From contig CP089277.1 of NCBI GenBank assembly GCA_023920165.1, positions 1,984,001 to 2,048,000 of the forward strand: a stretch of 64,000 nucleotides of DNA, read 5' to 3'. Both the position numbers and the translations under genes were made by a program. Of this stretch, positions 11,701 to 23,170 are shown piece after piece. Positions within the stretch are counted from its first letter, which is position 1. Every line of letters begins with the position of its first letter. This DNA comes from Curvularia clavata (Eukaryota). The notes beneath the pieces were generated by a model. The model had not been told where the DNA came from. It saw only the letters and a program-made list of their open reading frames with translations, and made no database searches.

Positions 11701-13258
11701 TTAATCCGTCCCATCACCCAACCTCATGGTACTTAGATTCCCAGCCCTAACCTTTTGGATATGCTCAATTGCCTCAATCAGATGCGGCACAAACTTTGCC
11801 GGGTTCTCTGTGGCAGGGAAATGGCCTAGATCAGGCATGCTCTTGTGCATGGCGCCGGGGATCTTGTCGGCCGTCTTCTGCGACATCTCGGGCGTGTTGG
11901 ACCAGTCGTATTCGCCGGTCAGCATGTATACGGGGCAGCTTTGCGTGTCGATAGATGCGACCCGGGATCGGCCGTCCCAGCCGCCAAAGTAGAAGTCGAG
12001 GTCCCCGTGGAAGATCTGAAGAGGGTTAGATAGGGAGGAGGCGGAAAGCAGGGAGGGGGAGATACGTACACCATAGGCTTGAGCGCTGTATGTGTGCCAA
12101 ATCAGTTGTTTGTTCGCTCGAGGCGCAGTGGGAGCCATCATCTGCGATTTGTCAGCTACGGTTGACTTGGGAAGAAGTGTCGTCTACGCACGCCATAAAC
12201 CCACTCTGGGTTAAACAGTGACTGGTTGACAAAAGGGGAGCGGTCGTGCCACTGGCGTTCCATGTTGAGATATTCGGAACTGCGACAATCAGCATTGAGA
12301 CTCAAGGCATTTTTTTCCCTTTGCACCTACCCTTGCAGAGGAATAGTACCAGCTGCACCAACTTCTCTGTGACGAATGGCGACTGCAAGGCAGACTTGGC
12401 CCGCCATACTTGCACCGCAAATAATCGGTCGACGTAGACCTAGCTTCTTCACAAAAGCCGCAATGATGCCTACGTAACTGTCCTCGGTATTCGTATGCGC
12501 GGTAGCGTTTTTCGTGGGGAAACTGCGTCCATGTCCTGGTAAGTCAAATGCGAACATGGTGCATTTCTTACGCATCCTTATGTCATTCATGACACCGTGG
12601 TACTGTCGGCTGTCGCTTCCAGCAGTATGTAAGAATACGATAGGCTGCTTGCCTTCGCCAGAGTACTCGTAAAAGACCTTGCTTTATTGCCACATTCAAG
12701 GTCAGTATATTCTCACTTATGTGTTTGGTGGAAGAAGTTTACGTACCACCGACCCCATACTGGAGCCTCGAGGTATACATATCTTCCCGTAAGAAAGTCA
12801 TTGTCAGGCTCCACCTGCTCTTCTTGAATTGGCCCGCACTGTGCTTCGTGTAGAAGCTCGAGGACGCGTCTCCAGACATGGGTCCACTGTGCAAAGGCTA
12901 TCTGATCGCCCAGAACCTCGATGCCCTTTTGTTTAATGTTCATACCAAACATTCCCCAGTAGCTTTGATATGGCATAGCAGGAACTGGCTTGAAATGCTG
13001 CTCCCACTGCTCCGGGAGCGCCGAAAGAGTAAACACTGCATCCTTAGAGGTGCCGTGGCTCAGTTTCGCGCTGCCGTTCGTAACAGTGACGAGAATTGTA
13101 TTCTCGGACGAACTCGACTTGATACCAAAAGTCACAGGTTTGTCAATAGCATTCGAGGTCACAAACGCTTTCAATTGGTCGTCAGACTGTAGGAGCTTAG
13201 GTAGCTTGTCTGATACTGCTCCCTTCAAAGCGGTGGTGAGGTCAGACCAGTCCGTCAT
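11701..13258 (-). CDS. alpha/beta hydrolase with N-terminal SCP2-like domain, multi-exon
   Basis: Spliced product has IVFLHTAGSDSRQY, FDLPGHGRS, GASMAG, LTGEYD and LGHFPATENP. The N-terminal ~150 aa has an SCP2-like pattern (DAVFTLSA..W..IEVLGD). Confidence 0.8.
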
Positions 13259-14506
13259 GGTTAGTTTTCAAGATACGATGGATGGGGTCGGTGTGAATCC
13301 TCAAAGTAGACAGAGGCAAAAAAGATGAACAGGAACAACAGTAACTGAGGCACCGATGAACGGCGCGCTCTGTACATATAACCACGCGTAGACCCCCAGT
13401 ATCCTCCGCGCGGACCAGCTAGCTACCAAGCTACAAGGAGGGGTAAGCCTGCAATGCGGGGTTGGTGGTGCACACGTGGGCGCATAACTCGACTATTGCT
13501 CGTCATGATCGCTGAACTCTAACCAGTATCCGCCGCTGACCTGACCGGAATGGGATGATAGATTGATGGAATGTGTTTCGATGGGGAAACGAAGGATGTT
13601 AGATCCCTTAGTGCATCCACCGAATGTAAAGAGAGTCGGGTAGGTAATAGTACGGACTTAACAACCCTAAGCTCCACTGATGTCGACTGATGTCCTCCCC
13701 ACCTCACCTATATGACGTCTGTTGTCTACCTCCTCTTTGGTCTCTCCTGACTCGTCCTCGGGCAAGCGGGTTGTCAGTCCCGTCGCTCTCTCCGCGGCTT
13801 CAGCTCCTATTCAGCTTCCTGGTCAATTAGAATCGTGAGGATCACTTGTTAAAACAGCACAAGACATTGAACTGCGTCGCAAATGGGATATCAGGCAGAG
13901 TGATGAGCATTATGAGACACATGACACGAGGGTGAAATTTCGGTTATACTGAAAGAAAAGAGATGGAACCTGCTATCGCGTTTAGTGAATTACAGTAAAT
14001 ATGATTCACATTTGCAACCGTCCATAAACCACTCCCCATGCACCATCCCATGCGACTCATAACCTCACTCGAATAGTAGGAAGTAAAACCTCCCAGAAAG
14101 TGGTATCCTCGCTCGCGCTTCCAAATGCAAATAGGACGTTCTCCCGTCAGAATGTTTCGTTCTCCAGAGACTCGAGGGACTCAGCAGATAAGGGGGATGA
14201 GATAGACACTAGAGGATGTGCAGGTGTGAACAAACTAGCAGATGTCGTAGACTCTGCAGACGCATACGAGGATGGAGGCGATAGAGATCCCACTGACACA
14301 GAAGCTCGGACAGACTCGTTGACTTGCAGGAATCCAACAGCTTCTGCAGCTTTGATGACTTTGGCACATTTGTTGACTCTGGTAACTCCAGTCGCTCCGG
14401 CAGCGTTAGACTCCACAGATGCCTCTAGCAACGCTTTAGCATCCAAAATGACCTGCTTGAGCTCCCTTCTCATCCTGTCTGGAGCATCAAGAGGACTGTC
14501 GCTCGG

Positions 14507-15563
14507 CTAGAACGTCTCCTCCTCAACACCCTCTGCCTCTGGTGGAATCTCAAATCCTTCTTCAGTCGAGTAGAGAATGGTCTGGATTTGCTTGAGCAGA
14601 CCCTCATCCTTCTCGAGCTCAGGGTCAGCCTCCATTGCTTGCTGAATCAACAGCTCAATGTCGCGAAGTTTGCTGAAGTAAAAGTCTCGCTCACGCTCAA
14701 GGCCAGTGACGGTCTCCTTGAGTGCGTTGTTCTCCTCACGCAGCGCGGCGGAAGCAGCCCCACCACCAGAGGCAAGAGGGGTACGTGTTCGGGGGGCAGC
14801 AGTGTTGCTAGCGGCTGGCGCTCTCCGGGCGGCGGTGGTGGTACGGGATGCAGGGGCGGCTCCAGTGGAAATACCACCCTGGCCCTTGCGACGAGCAACG
14901 GCGTCGTATTCGTGGCCGGGGAAATGCTGGTCCCAGTACTGCTTGACAAACTGGAGGAACTCGAGGTTATCCTGCATCTTGCACTTGACCAGTGACTCGA
15001 CGCGGATGGGCTTGTCGATCTGGTGCTTGGCGAAAGTGTCTACTAGGTCAGTCGGAGGAATGACAGAGGGCTGTTGAACATCTGTAGATGCCAGACACAT
15101 TGTATAAAGTTGACATACTCTGTAATATCTTGAAGTTCTGCAGGTATGCATACTCGGTGTTGGCGTTGAACTTGACTCGACTCATGGGTACATCATCTGC
15201 ACGCTGTTAGGTTTAACGTCGCTCTCTGGACAAGCGGCTTGGAAATCCTACAGAATATGCTGTCGAAGACCTGGCACAATGCCGCTCTGCAACAAACCAT
15301 CAGTATGTGCCCTTGGAAGCGCCTAGGGGCCGTTGCCCCTCGATGTATCCTGTGGATTGACGTACCCGGTACCGCATTGTTCGACCTTTGTGATGTTGAG
15401 CTGGAGAAGGTTGTTCAACCAGGCAACGAGTTCCTGTCTGTACGATTATCGCTGTTAGCCCATGTTCATAGTACGATGCGGCGTCTCGCCCAAGGAATGT
15501 CTGGCAGGTGCCTAAGCCTAAACACGTCCCCCCACTTGGACAGGCGTACCTTGATTCACCCAT
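14507..15563 (-). CDS. BIM1: EB1/Bim1/Mal3 microtubule plus-end binding protein, 5 exons
   Basis: Spliced MGESRQELVAWLNNLLQLNITKVEQCGTGAALCQVFDSIF CH domain, QDNLEFLQF, EBH motif LERERDFYFSKLRDIE..ILYSTEEGF, and acidic-aromatic tail EEETF. Confidence 0.95.
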
Positions 15564-15995
15564 GGCGAGTATCTATATTCGGGCGCTGTTCTGGGGCGAT
15601 CGGCAATGTGCTAAGAGCATGCGAGGGCAAGGGGTGCGAAGGCTTGGTGATGGACAGCAGGTCGTCGTCGAGATTGCTGTTATTTGTTGATGCGCCCTCG
15701 TTGTTCGGCGGCTTGACATTTTGGGCGCCGTTGCCCCACGAAGGTTTTAGCGCCCTGTCGGTGCGTCGAGGCCACGTGATCTGCCCTTGTGATCTGCCCT
15801 TCACAAGCACCATGTATATAGGCAATTGAGATGTCTATAAAAGTCCACACAATAAATGCTACTACGCCATTATGATTCGGCTAGATGGTAATGTGATGTT
15901 TTCTTCTTTCTCATCATCTACGCGCAACGCTTATATTCCACCTGTACGTGCATACACAGCCCTGGATCGCCGCTTGGATCACCTCCACCTTGTGT

Positions 15996-16774
15996 CTACG
16001 CCGCAAATTTGCTCAGCACCGTCCCTGTCGTACCGTTTTTCACCGCCTCAAAAGCCCGTACAACGGCCGGGTACCAGACATTAGCCATCTTGACATCGCC
16101 TGAATCGTTGGGATGAATACCGTCCCTAAGATCCGAATTTGCGTTGAAGCCTGTGTATTGGTCTACGACCCAGATAGGGCTCTCGGTCTTGTTGAGCCCC
16201 TGTGCCCACGGGACAATTGCGCGGTTAAGCTCTTGGATCTTGGTGTTGTAGTTTCCAAAGCCCATGGGGATGATTTGGGCAACCTATGGACATTTGAGCA
16301 CGATTATCCGGTCAGCCTGGTCATGACGAAAGTACGTACAACAATCTTTATTTTAGGATTTGAAGTGCGCATGGTGTTGACAAGCTTGGTAAATGCAGCA
16401 ATAATGTCTGTCACTGCCTTGTTTTGTTGCACAATATCATTAGTCCCTAGATGCATCGTCACAACATCGGCCGAATTCGTCTGCAACCATCCAGCCAGCT
16501 GATTCTTGTTGGCAATGTCTATTGCCAGAAACCCCGAGTGTCCTTCATTGTCGCGGTCATAGCTTGAGTCCCTGCAATTGTTCTCGGTCCTACCGCTTCC
16601 GACGAAGTTCACAGCCGCCCATTCAGTAGACTGGAGACGTTGCCAGAGCTTGCTGCGCCAGCACACGATCTCCGTAATGCTGTCGCCAAAGGGCATGTAC
16701 CGAATTCGTCCGGCGGATTGGGCTTGGCAACTTGCAATAAGCGCAGCGAGTGCGAGGAACGTGAAGGATACCAT
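15996..16774 (-). CDS. secreted SGNH/GDSL esterase, carbohydrate esterase family 3 (acetylxylan esterase-like)
   Basis: Signal peptide MVSFTFLALAALIASCQA, GDSIT block I, NEGHSG, HLGTND, DGIHPN. One intron near 16284-16338. Confidence 0.9.
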
Positions 16775-16996
16775 GTCAGCAATTCTAGGCGCCGAACGAA
16801 ACAGGGAGGCTGGAAAGAGACTGCAGAGAAGCTTGCTCCAATGCACGTCCTACCTCAAAGGCGTGACTGTTTAAAAGCGGTGCTGACATTTCTCAGATAG
16901 CAGCAAGGTCCAAAACTGCCGAATGGATGTTATGCTGTGTTGATTTGAATATGAAATATGTAGAATTAAACATGTTGTGAGCTGCGCTTGATAGGG

Positions 16997-17077
16997 CCGG
17001 GGCAAAGGATCCTATTCATCGCGATCTGCGGCTTGTAGTATCGCGGGGTGCGACTGGGATACTTGATGAACGGCTAA
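16997..17077. promoter_or_regulatory. candidate CreA (SYGGRG) and XlnR (GGCTAA) sites upstream of the CE3 gene
   Basis: CCGGGG 16997-17002, GCGGGG 17043-17048 and GGCTAA 17072-17077 lie 220-300 bp upstream of a hemicellulase-type gene. The motifs are short and could be chance. Confidence 0.35.
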
Positions 17078-18966
17078 GTGCTGAAATCCACTCGCCGTTC
17101 ATATACGGCTTGTGACAGCACATCGAGGATCTACTCAGATGGAGCGGGGTACTCGGCGAGGTTATTGCTAGTAGTGGTGTTTTATGAAATTATGCCTTTG
17201 TAAGGTCATGGGTTTCCCGGTACTTTTAAACGGATATTAATCTCGGGAGGTTGTGCGTCACGACTCGTGCCTGATCTACCCAGTGGAAGTAGACCTTTCT
17301 CGGCATGGTTCGAATTTCTGCTTAGTAAATCGTGGAGAGAGACATTAGTGGGAAAAAGGGTACCCGCGAGAACATCTTGGCTGACGCGATTGATGACGGT
17401 GACTTGTTTTGGTTGCGTATGCAAACGCCGCGCGGTGCCATGCATCCAGACACTGTGTAAAGTTTAATATCCGGGAAAGAAGGTGAAGGAGGAGTCGGCA
17501 ACCGTTTCAGTATTCTAGGCCAGGCCAGATGGCCTATAACTGTGTTGGTGTATACATTTGTACAACTGGGGTAACAGGGCCAGCTCCCAGCGGCAGCTAG
17601 TGGTAAACCTAACCGAGACACGAAGTACAGCCGCGGTTCGTTTAATTTGAGGCGGTGCAACGTCCGGTTCTTGATCATGTTCTGCAGGTAAAAGGGCCGT
17701 TGTCGGTCAAGGATGGTACAAACGAGCACACGGCACGCCCATACAGCCCATTTGGGAAGCTGCTTGCGAAGAGTATCAAGAGTTGGTCTGGCAGCGGGAC
17801 TTGGAAGCGAAATGACCTAGGTGTGCAAAAGCATACGTTGAGCAAGTGTTTGACAGGCACTGGCGGTGCAGAGAGATAATGCAGGGCGACGCGGCTCGAC
17901 AAGCGGAATGCGTTGTTGTAAAACCACCATAGGCTGGGCACATGCAGCCTGCTCCATGACGTGAAGCCTTATCGGCGGTTTGGCCAAGAGAATACCGATG
18001 GTGTCGTTGGAAGCTTGAAAGCGGTTTCGGGTTAGGGTGCCGAGGCGGTATAGTCGCTGAGGCGCTCACCGGAGAAGATCCGACGCCAGAAGCCAAAGTA
18101 GGCAAGTATCAGAAGCTGGAAGAAACAAAATAAGCCACTGTGATGGTCCTTTGCAGCCGGATGTGCACTGTGGGTGTGGAGGAGAATGGCCGTGGAGACC
18201 TGGGGTGTGGGTACAGTCAGAGCCGAGACAGCCACAGGAGGGACGAGACATTGGCGACGCAGGACGTGTAATGGTGACACGGACGATGACCATGGACGCC
18301 CGTCCAAGGTTGGGGACAGAGAGGCGCAGCAGCAGCAGCAGTCAGACAGGCTGGAGACGGTACGGGATGCACAAGATGGCAGCAGTCACAGGGAGTGGGG
18401 GTTTGGCAGTCTGTCATGCATCAGTCAGCCCAGGCCCTAGCCGTCGCTGCCTCGGGGATTTACTTCTTCACTGCATGCAATCACCGCCCCTCCCATTGGT
18501 CCAGCCAGAGGCCTTGCTTCTTTGTCCCTGCAAGCACACGCGAGCCACCACTGCCCGCGTCCAGGCCAAGCCGCAGGATTCCCTTGGACATGACGCGTAA
18601 TTTCAACATCTCATGGCGCTGTCGTCCATCACCTCTACACAGCCCGACCTGAACCTCACGGGTCTCCGCAGAGCCGCCGAGCCCGGCCTTCCCCCTCCAA
18701 TCACATGCCGCCATGCGTTTACATTGGCGAGCCTGCCCTATACCAGACTCACCGAACACCACTGCACCGACTCACTCGGAGGCCACACGTAGACCCAAGA
18801 TTTTTGTCAGCATTCCCTCTTGGGCTCTGGTCGTAACCAAACAAGCACTCATCTCCCCATTTACTTATTATAAGCCCTTGTTCACGCCCTTTGTCCACCA
18901 TCTCAGGCAATTCCCTTCCTCTCCTATCCCCTCCCCATCTCACTACACATATATACACTCAACACA

Positions 18967-20605
18967 ATGAGAGGCTCCACACCAACATCAGCGCTTGGCC
19001 TGTTGGCATTGGGTCCGTAGCTACCATCAACTCCACACAGCCTTGCCGTTCGACTAACACACACTTCAGCTTCCTACGCCTCTGCCCAAGTTTCAAGCAG
19101 CTGTCCATCCCAACAAGTTTGTTTCAAACTGAACATCCCTCAAAACACGGCGTCTTCTGGCACCGGAGATATCTTCTTTCAGATATCGGCGCCTAGCAGT
19201 TATGAGTGGGTTGCACTTGGCCAAGGACGTGGCATGGCCAACTCCAACATGTTCATCGTATACACATCCGGAAGCGGAAACAATGTCACTCTGTCACCGC
19301 GCATTACCACCAGCCATAACCCTCCAAACCCAAACTCGCAGCCCCAAGTCACTTTGCTCGAAGGCTCGGGTGTATCCAATGGCGTCATGACCGCCAATGT
19401 CAAGTGTAAGTTTTGGTACCGAAACCTTGGCTTCTGTTTTCCATGCAGCCAGAACATGCCAAAATCAAAGGGACTTCTCGGCTAACACCCACCTAGGCTC
19501 CAACTGCAACAGCTGGTCCGGTGGTACCATGGACTTCAAGGCCTCAAGCGGTAACTGGATCTACGGCTACCAGACTTCAGGCGGCCCAAAGAACAGTGAC
19601 GATACGTCCGCCCAGATCAGCCAACATTCTTCAGAGGGTGCCTTCTCCTGGGATTTTGCTCAAGCAAAGGGCGGTTCCAGCGTCAACCCACTCATCAGCA
19701 GCACGCCTACTACCAGCGGTGGAACTGGAACCGCATCCTGCAGGCCTCGAACAAGCTCGGCTGCCTCTACTGCCTCTACTGCCTCATCTACTGCTGCTGC
19801 ATCCAGCTCTTCGACCGACAACGACAATGACAATGATGACGACAGCAACACCCCTCAATACGGTCCTCCCGGCAGCCAGTTCACTGGACGTCCCTCAGTT
19901 AAGCGCCAGGCAGAACTCCCCTACTGTGACGAGCTCCCCAACGGCGGTGCAGCCAACGGCAACTCAAACACCTTCAATCCCATCACCGCCACCGGCAGTC
20001 TCAAGAACAGACGCGAGATGCTCATCGCCCACGGTGTTCTCGCTGCTCTGGCCTTTGTCATCTTCTTCCCCGTTGGCGGTATTGCCATTCGTCTAGTCTC
20101 CATGTCCGGCATCGCCTGGCTCCATGGCGCCTTCCAAATCTTTGGCTACGCCGTCTACATTGCTGGCGCTGGTCTCGGTATCTATCTCGCCAAGAACCTG
20201 AACCTGCTCAACACCCACCACCCCATCATTGGCCTGGTCCTCCTTGCTGTCCTCTTCTTCCAGCCTGCCCTTGGATGGATCCACCACCTTTTCTTCGTCA
20301 AGACCCAGGGTCGCACTTTCTGGTCGCACGCACATATTTGGGTGGGCCGTCTTGCCATCACTCTTGGTATCATCAACGGTGGTCTTGGTCTCAGACTCGC
20401 TGATCGCGCCAACTTGAGCTCGCGCGCGGGTCAAATTGCCTACGGCGTTGTTGCCGGCCTCATGTGGCTGGCGTGGGTGGGTGCCATTGTCATCGGTGAG
20501 CGCAGGAGGAACAGGGCGGCGCCCGTGGCTGAAACACCAAAGATGGCAGAAGAAAGGGCTAGCGACTCCGATGGCGCTGGACATTACGCCCCCAGGCGAC
20601 AGTAG
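18967..20605 (+). CDS. secreted DOMON/CDH-cytochrome domain fused to cytochrome b561 transmembrane domain
   Basis: Signal peptide split by an intron near 19013-19069, DIFFQISAP..WVALGQGRGMANSNMFIVY, heme His in ISQH, second intron near 19406-19496. b561 His motifs AHGVL, WLHG, HHPIIG, IHH, HAHIWVGR. Confidence 0.88.
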
Positions 20606-21731
20606 GAGATCAGCGTCAATGACTTCTTTTTGGGTATAATACGCGCTATGCGTCATGATTTGAATATTTTATCGGTATAGCTAGCGCTCAAGTAACGTTT
20701 TCCTCATGTAGTGTTTATAATATCAAAATGATCCAACTTCAAGATCCCCCCAATATTCTTGGTCCCTTCTACCACATTCTTCATCTCTGATACACTAGAA
20801 TCGACGGACGTTCTGCCGCTTCTTTTTTCCGAGTTTTACCTTCTTATTTTTTTTTGGGTGGTAGTGCTGACTGTACAGTACATAGCTGACAGCCACGAAC
20901 TAGAGATTAGTGCGTCTATGTAAAGAAGCAAAATCACATAAGAGCTAAGCTTTCCCCCACCGCCGTACCGTACCACTCACTAGCTACCGAACTCCGTAGT
21001 CACTTCTAGAATAGGTGTAGTCGCCTTCCATGGGGTGAATTTCTTTTTTTGTTGACTTGCCGCTTCGGCAGTTTGGAACTCTAGGGTAGTAAGATCGGCA
21101 TGTAGATCGGAAGAGAAGTAAACACCGGAGACGGGTGCGGAACTAGTTGACTCTTGCAGGGAGAGATTCTGGGTCAGACTATTTAATTATAGCATACATA
21201 TCGTGTGGTATGTATTTCGTCATTAAGAGGTGTCGTAAGCTTGGCGTCGAGTCTGTAGGTATGGTAGTGGGAGTTGTCTGCATAAGTCCTTATCAAGCGG
21301 ATGAATCTTGCATTGATAGCCAGAGACGTCTGTCGAATGTTGATTGATATGCGCCAAGGCGTTCAGTTCCATCATAATTGACACGCAGCAGAAGAAATTC
21401 CTCGTCACGGCCACACTATCTATGCTTACACTCGAACTAGCACGACGCTAGAACTTTGCTCCCATAAGACGCACTGTAACGGCTTCTCAACAAGTGCGGT
21501 AACTAGTGCGCGACTGTACCGTATCATCTGCTAAAAAGACTATGGAGACTACGTAGTACGTGCTACTGTAAGTCCTAGCCTTAGCCCATCTACGACAAGA
21601 TTTTTTGTAGAGACATTAACCTTACATATGCATGCATACAATACATCTACACATACATACCCATACATGCACCCAAACCAAATCCACCCACTTCCCCGCA
21701 CACTTCCATCCCCACACCCTCTCTCTGCACC

Positions 21732-22650
21732 TCATCTCTTCCCCAGTCCACCCAAGATCTTGCTCGCCGCAGCACTAACCTTCAATACATCCCTATACGT
21801 CAAACTAACTCTAGTCTCCCTCTTACTCCGTCCCCCTTCCGCCTCGATCTTTACCTTACTCTCCTCCCTCAACAACCCCCAATTCGCTACCGTCTCCGCA
21901 CAAAGGCCTTCATCGACATCGATGGGCGCGATGCCGTGCATGAGCCTACGATACGCAGCGCCCGTGGTAACGAGTAAGGATCGCGGTTCTTGGTAGATGC
22001 ATGTGGGGATCTTGAATTCTTCCTCTTCTGTAGTCTCATCTGCTACGTCACTGCCGTTTTCCTGGGACGCCGACGGCTTGGGCAGGATATCAAGACACAA
22101 TGATGACCCTAGACTGACGGTCGCAACAACCGGCGCATACGCGTCGCCATCTTCATGTGGCATGATGCCTTCGCCGGACTTGTACTCGTTGATGAGAACA
22201 TGGTTGGGTTGCTGGTGCGGCGTGTGGTCGAATATCCCTAGTGCCTTGAAGCGGTCGACAATCGGGTTGCTAAGGTAGACGGGTAGCGGGGAGGCGAGCA
22301 GCGTGTTGTTCTTGGTTAATGTGGATGGAATGGCTTGGAGTCGACGGTGGGAGAGATGGGTCCATCGTTGAGCTGGGATCTTGCACGAGTCAGGCAGATT
22401 GTGGGATCGTGGGGGAGGTAAGTATGGGGAATGATTTGCGTAGGGAAAGCAGGCCGGATTCATTCCCTACTCTCCCCTCTTCTTCTTGAATCTGGATGCT
22501 GTAGAGCTAGAGTGAGCCTACCTTCTGTAAGATTGATGTTTCCTCCTCTACACTAATGAAATCGGGGATGTAGTAAAAGTCGGGTGGGAGACCAGCAATG
22601 CGAAAAGCTTCTAGGCCTTGCTTTACGCCGGAATGCTCTGAGTCCGTCAT
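21732..22650 (-). CDS. AlkB-family 2OG-Fe(II) dioxygenase, ALKBH6-like
   Basis: Exon 1 ..LPPDFYYIPDFISVEEE spliced to IPAQRWTHLSHRRLQ. Motifs PNHVLINEY..GIMPHEDG (HxD), HGI and RVSLTYR. Confidence 0.88.
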
Positions 22651-23170
22651 TGAGAATAGATCGGTCGCAAAAACAATATATTGTTATCCTCAATATCTAT
22701 TTTTTAACGTTGAAGAAGAGAACATAAAGATGAGGTATTGATAAAGTGGAGCGCACCGCTTATGTAAATGCGACAATGTGTCACGTGAATTTCCTAAACA
22801 GGGTTGCATCCAGATCACTGTATTGCAAGGCTTTGCCAGAGGATTTTTCATCTTTATCAAGCTAGAAAGCTCGAAGAGTGATCCATGTACCTATTCTATT
22901 GCTATAACTGTGTAAAAAACTGGTGCGCTCTCCACCGCAGGCCAGCCCAGTCTCTCTCTTCGTTGCCTGCAACAAAAATCTATACCATCCAAACTCCACG
23001 CAATGCATATCGTGAACTACAAAGAAACCCTCCAACTCCTCAAAGTACCCAAACCGTTGCCTGTAGATCCCATCGTTTACTTCATCCATCAACGAGCCGG
23101 TTCCAATCGGTTGTGGCCTCATTTCCATATAAAAGTGCGCCCCAGACAAGCCGTTCAATCATCATTTCGT

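Noticed and set aside
81..13258. Possible catabolic cluster (MFS, hydrolases, Zn2Cys6 TF, aldolase)
   Set aside because: The TF resembles the global regulator AtrR, VAM7 interrupts the set, and there is no backbone enzyme or shared-pathway evidence.
18028..18040. TTAGGG telomere-like words (also near 34215 and 38903)
   Set aside because: Single isolated units, expected by chance.
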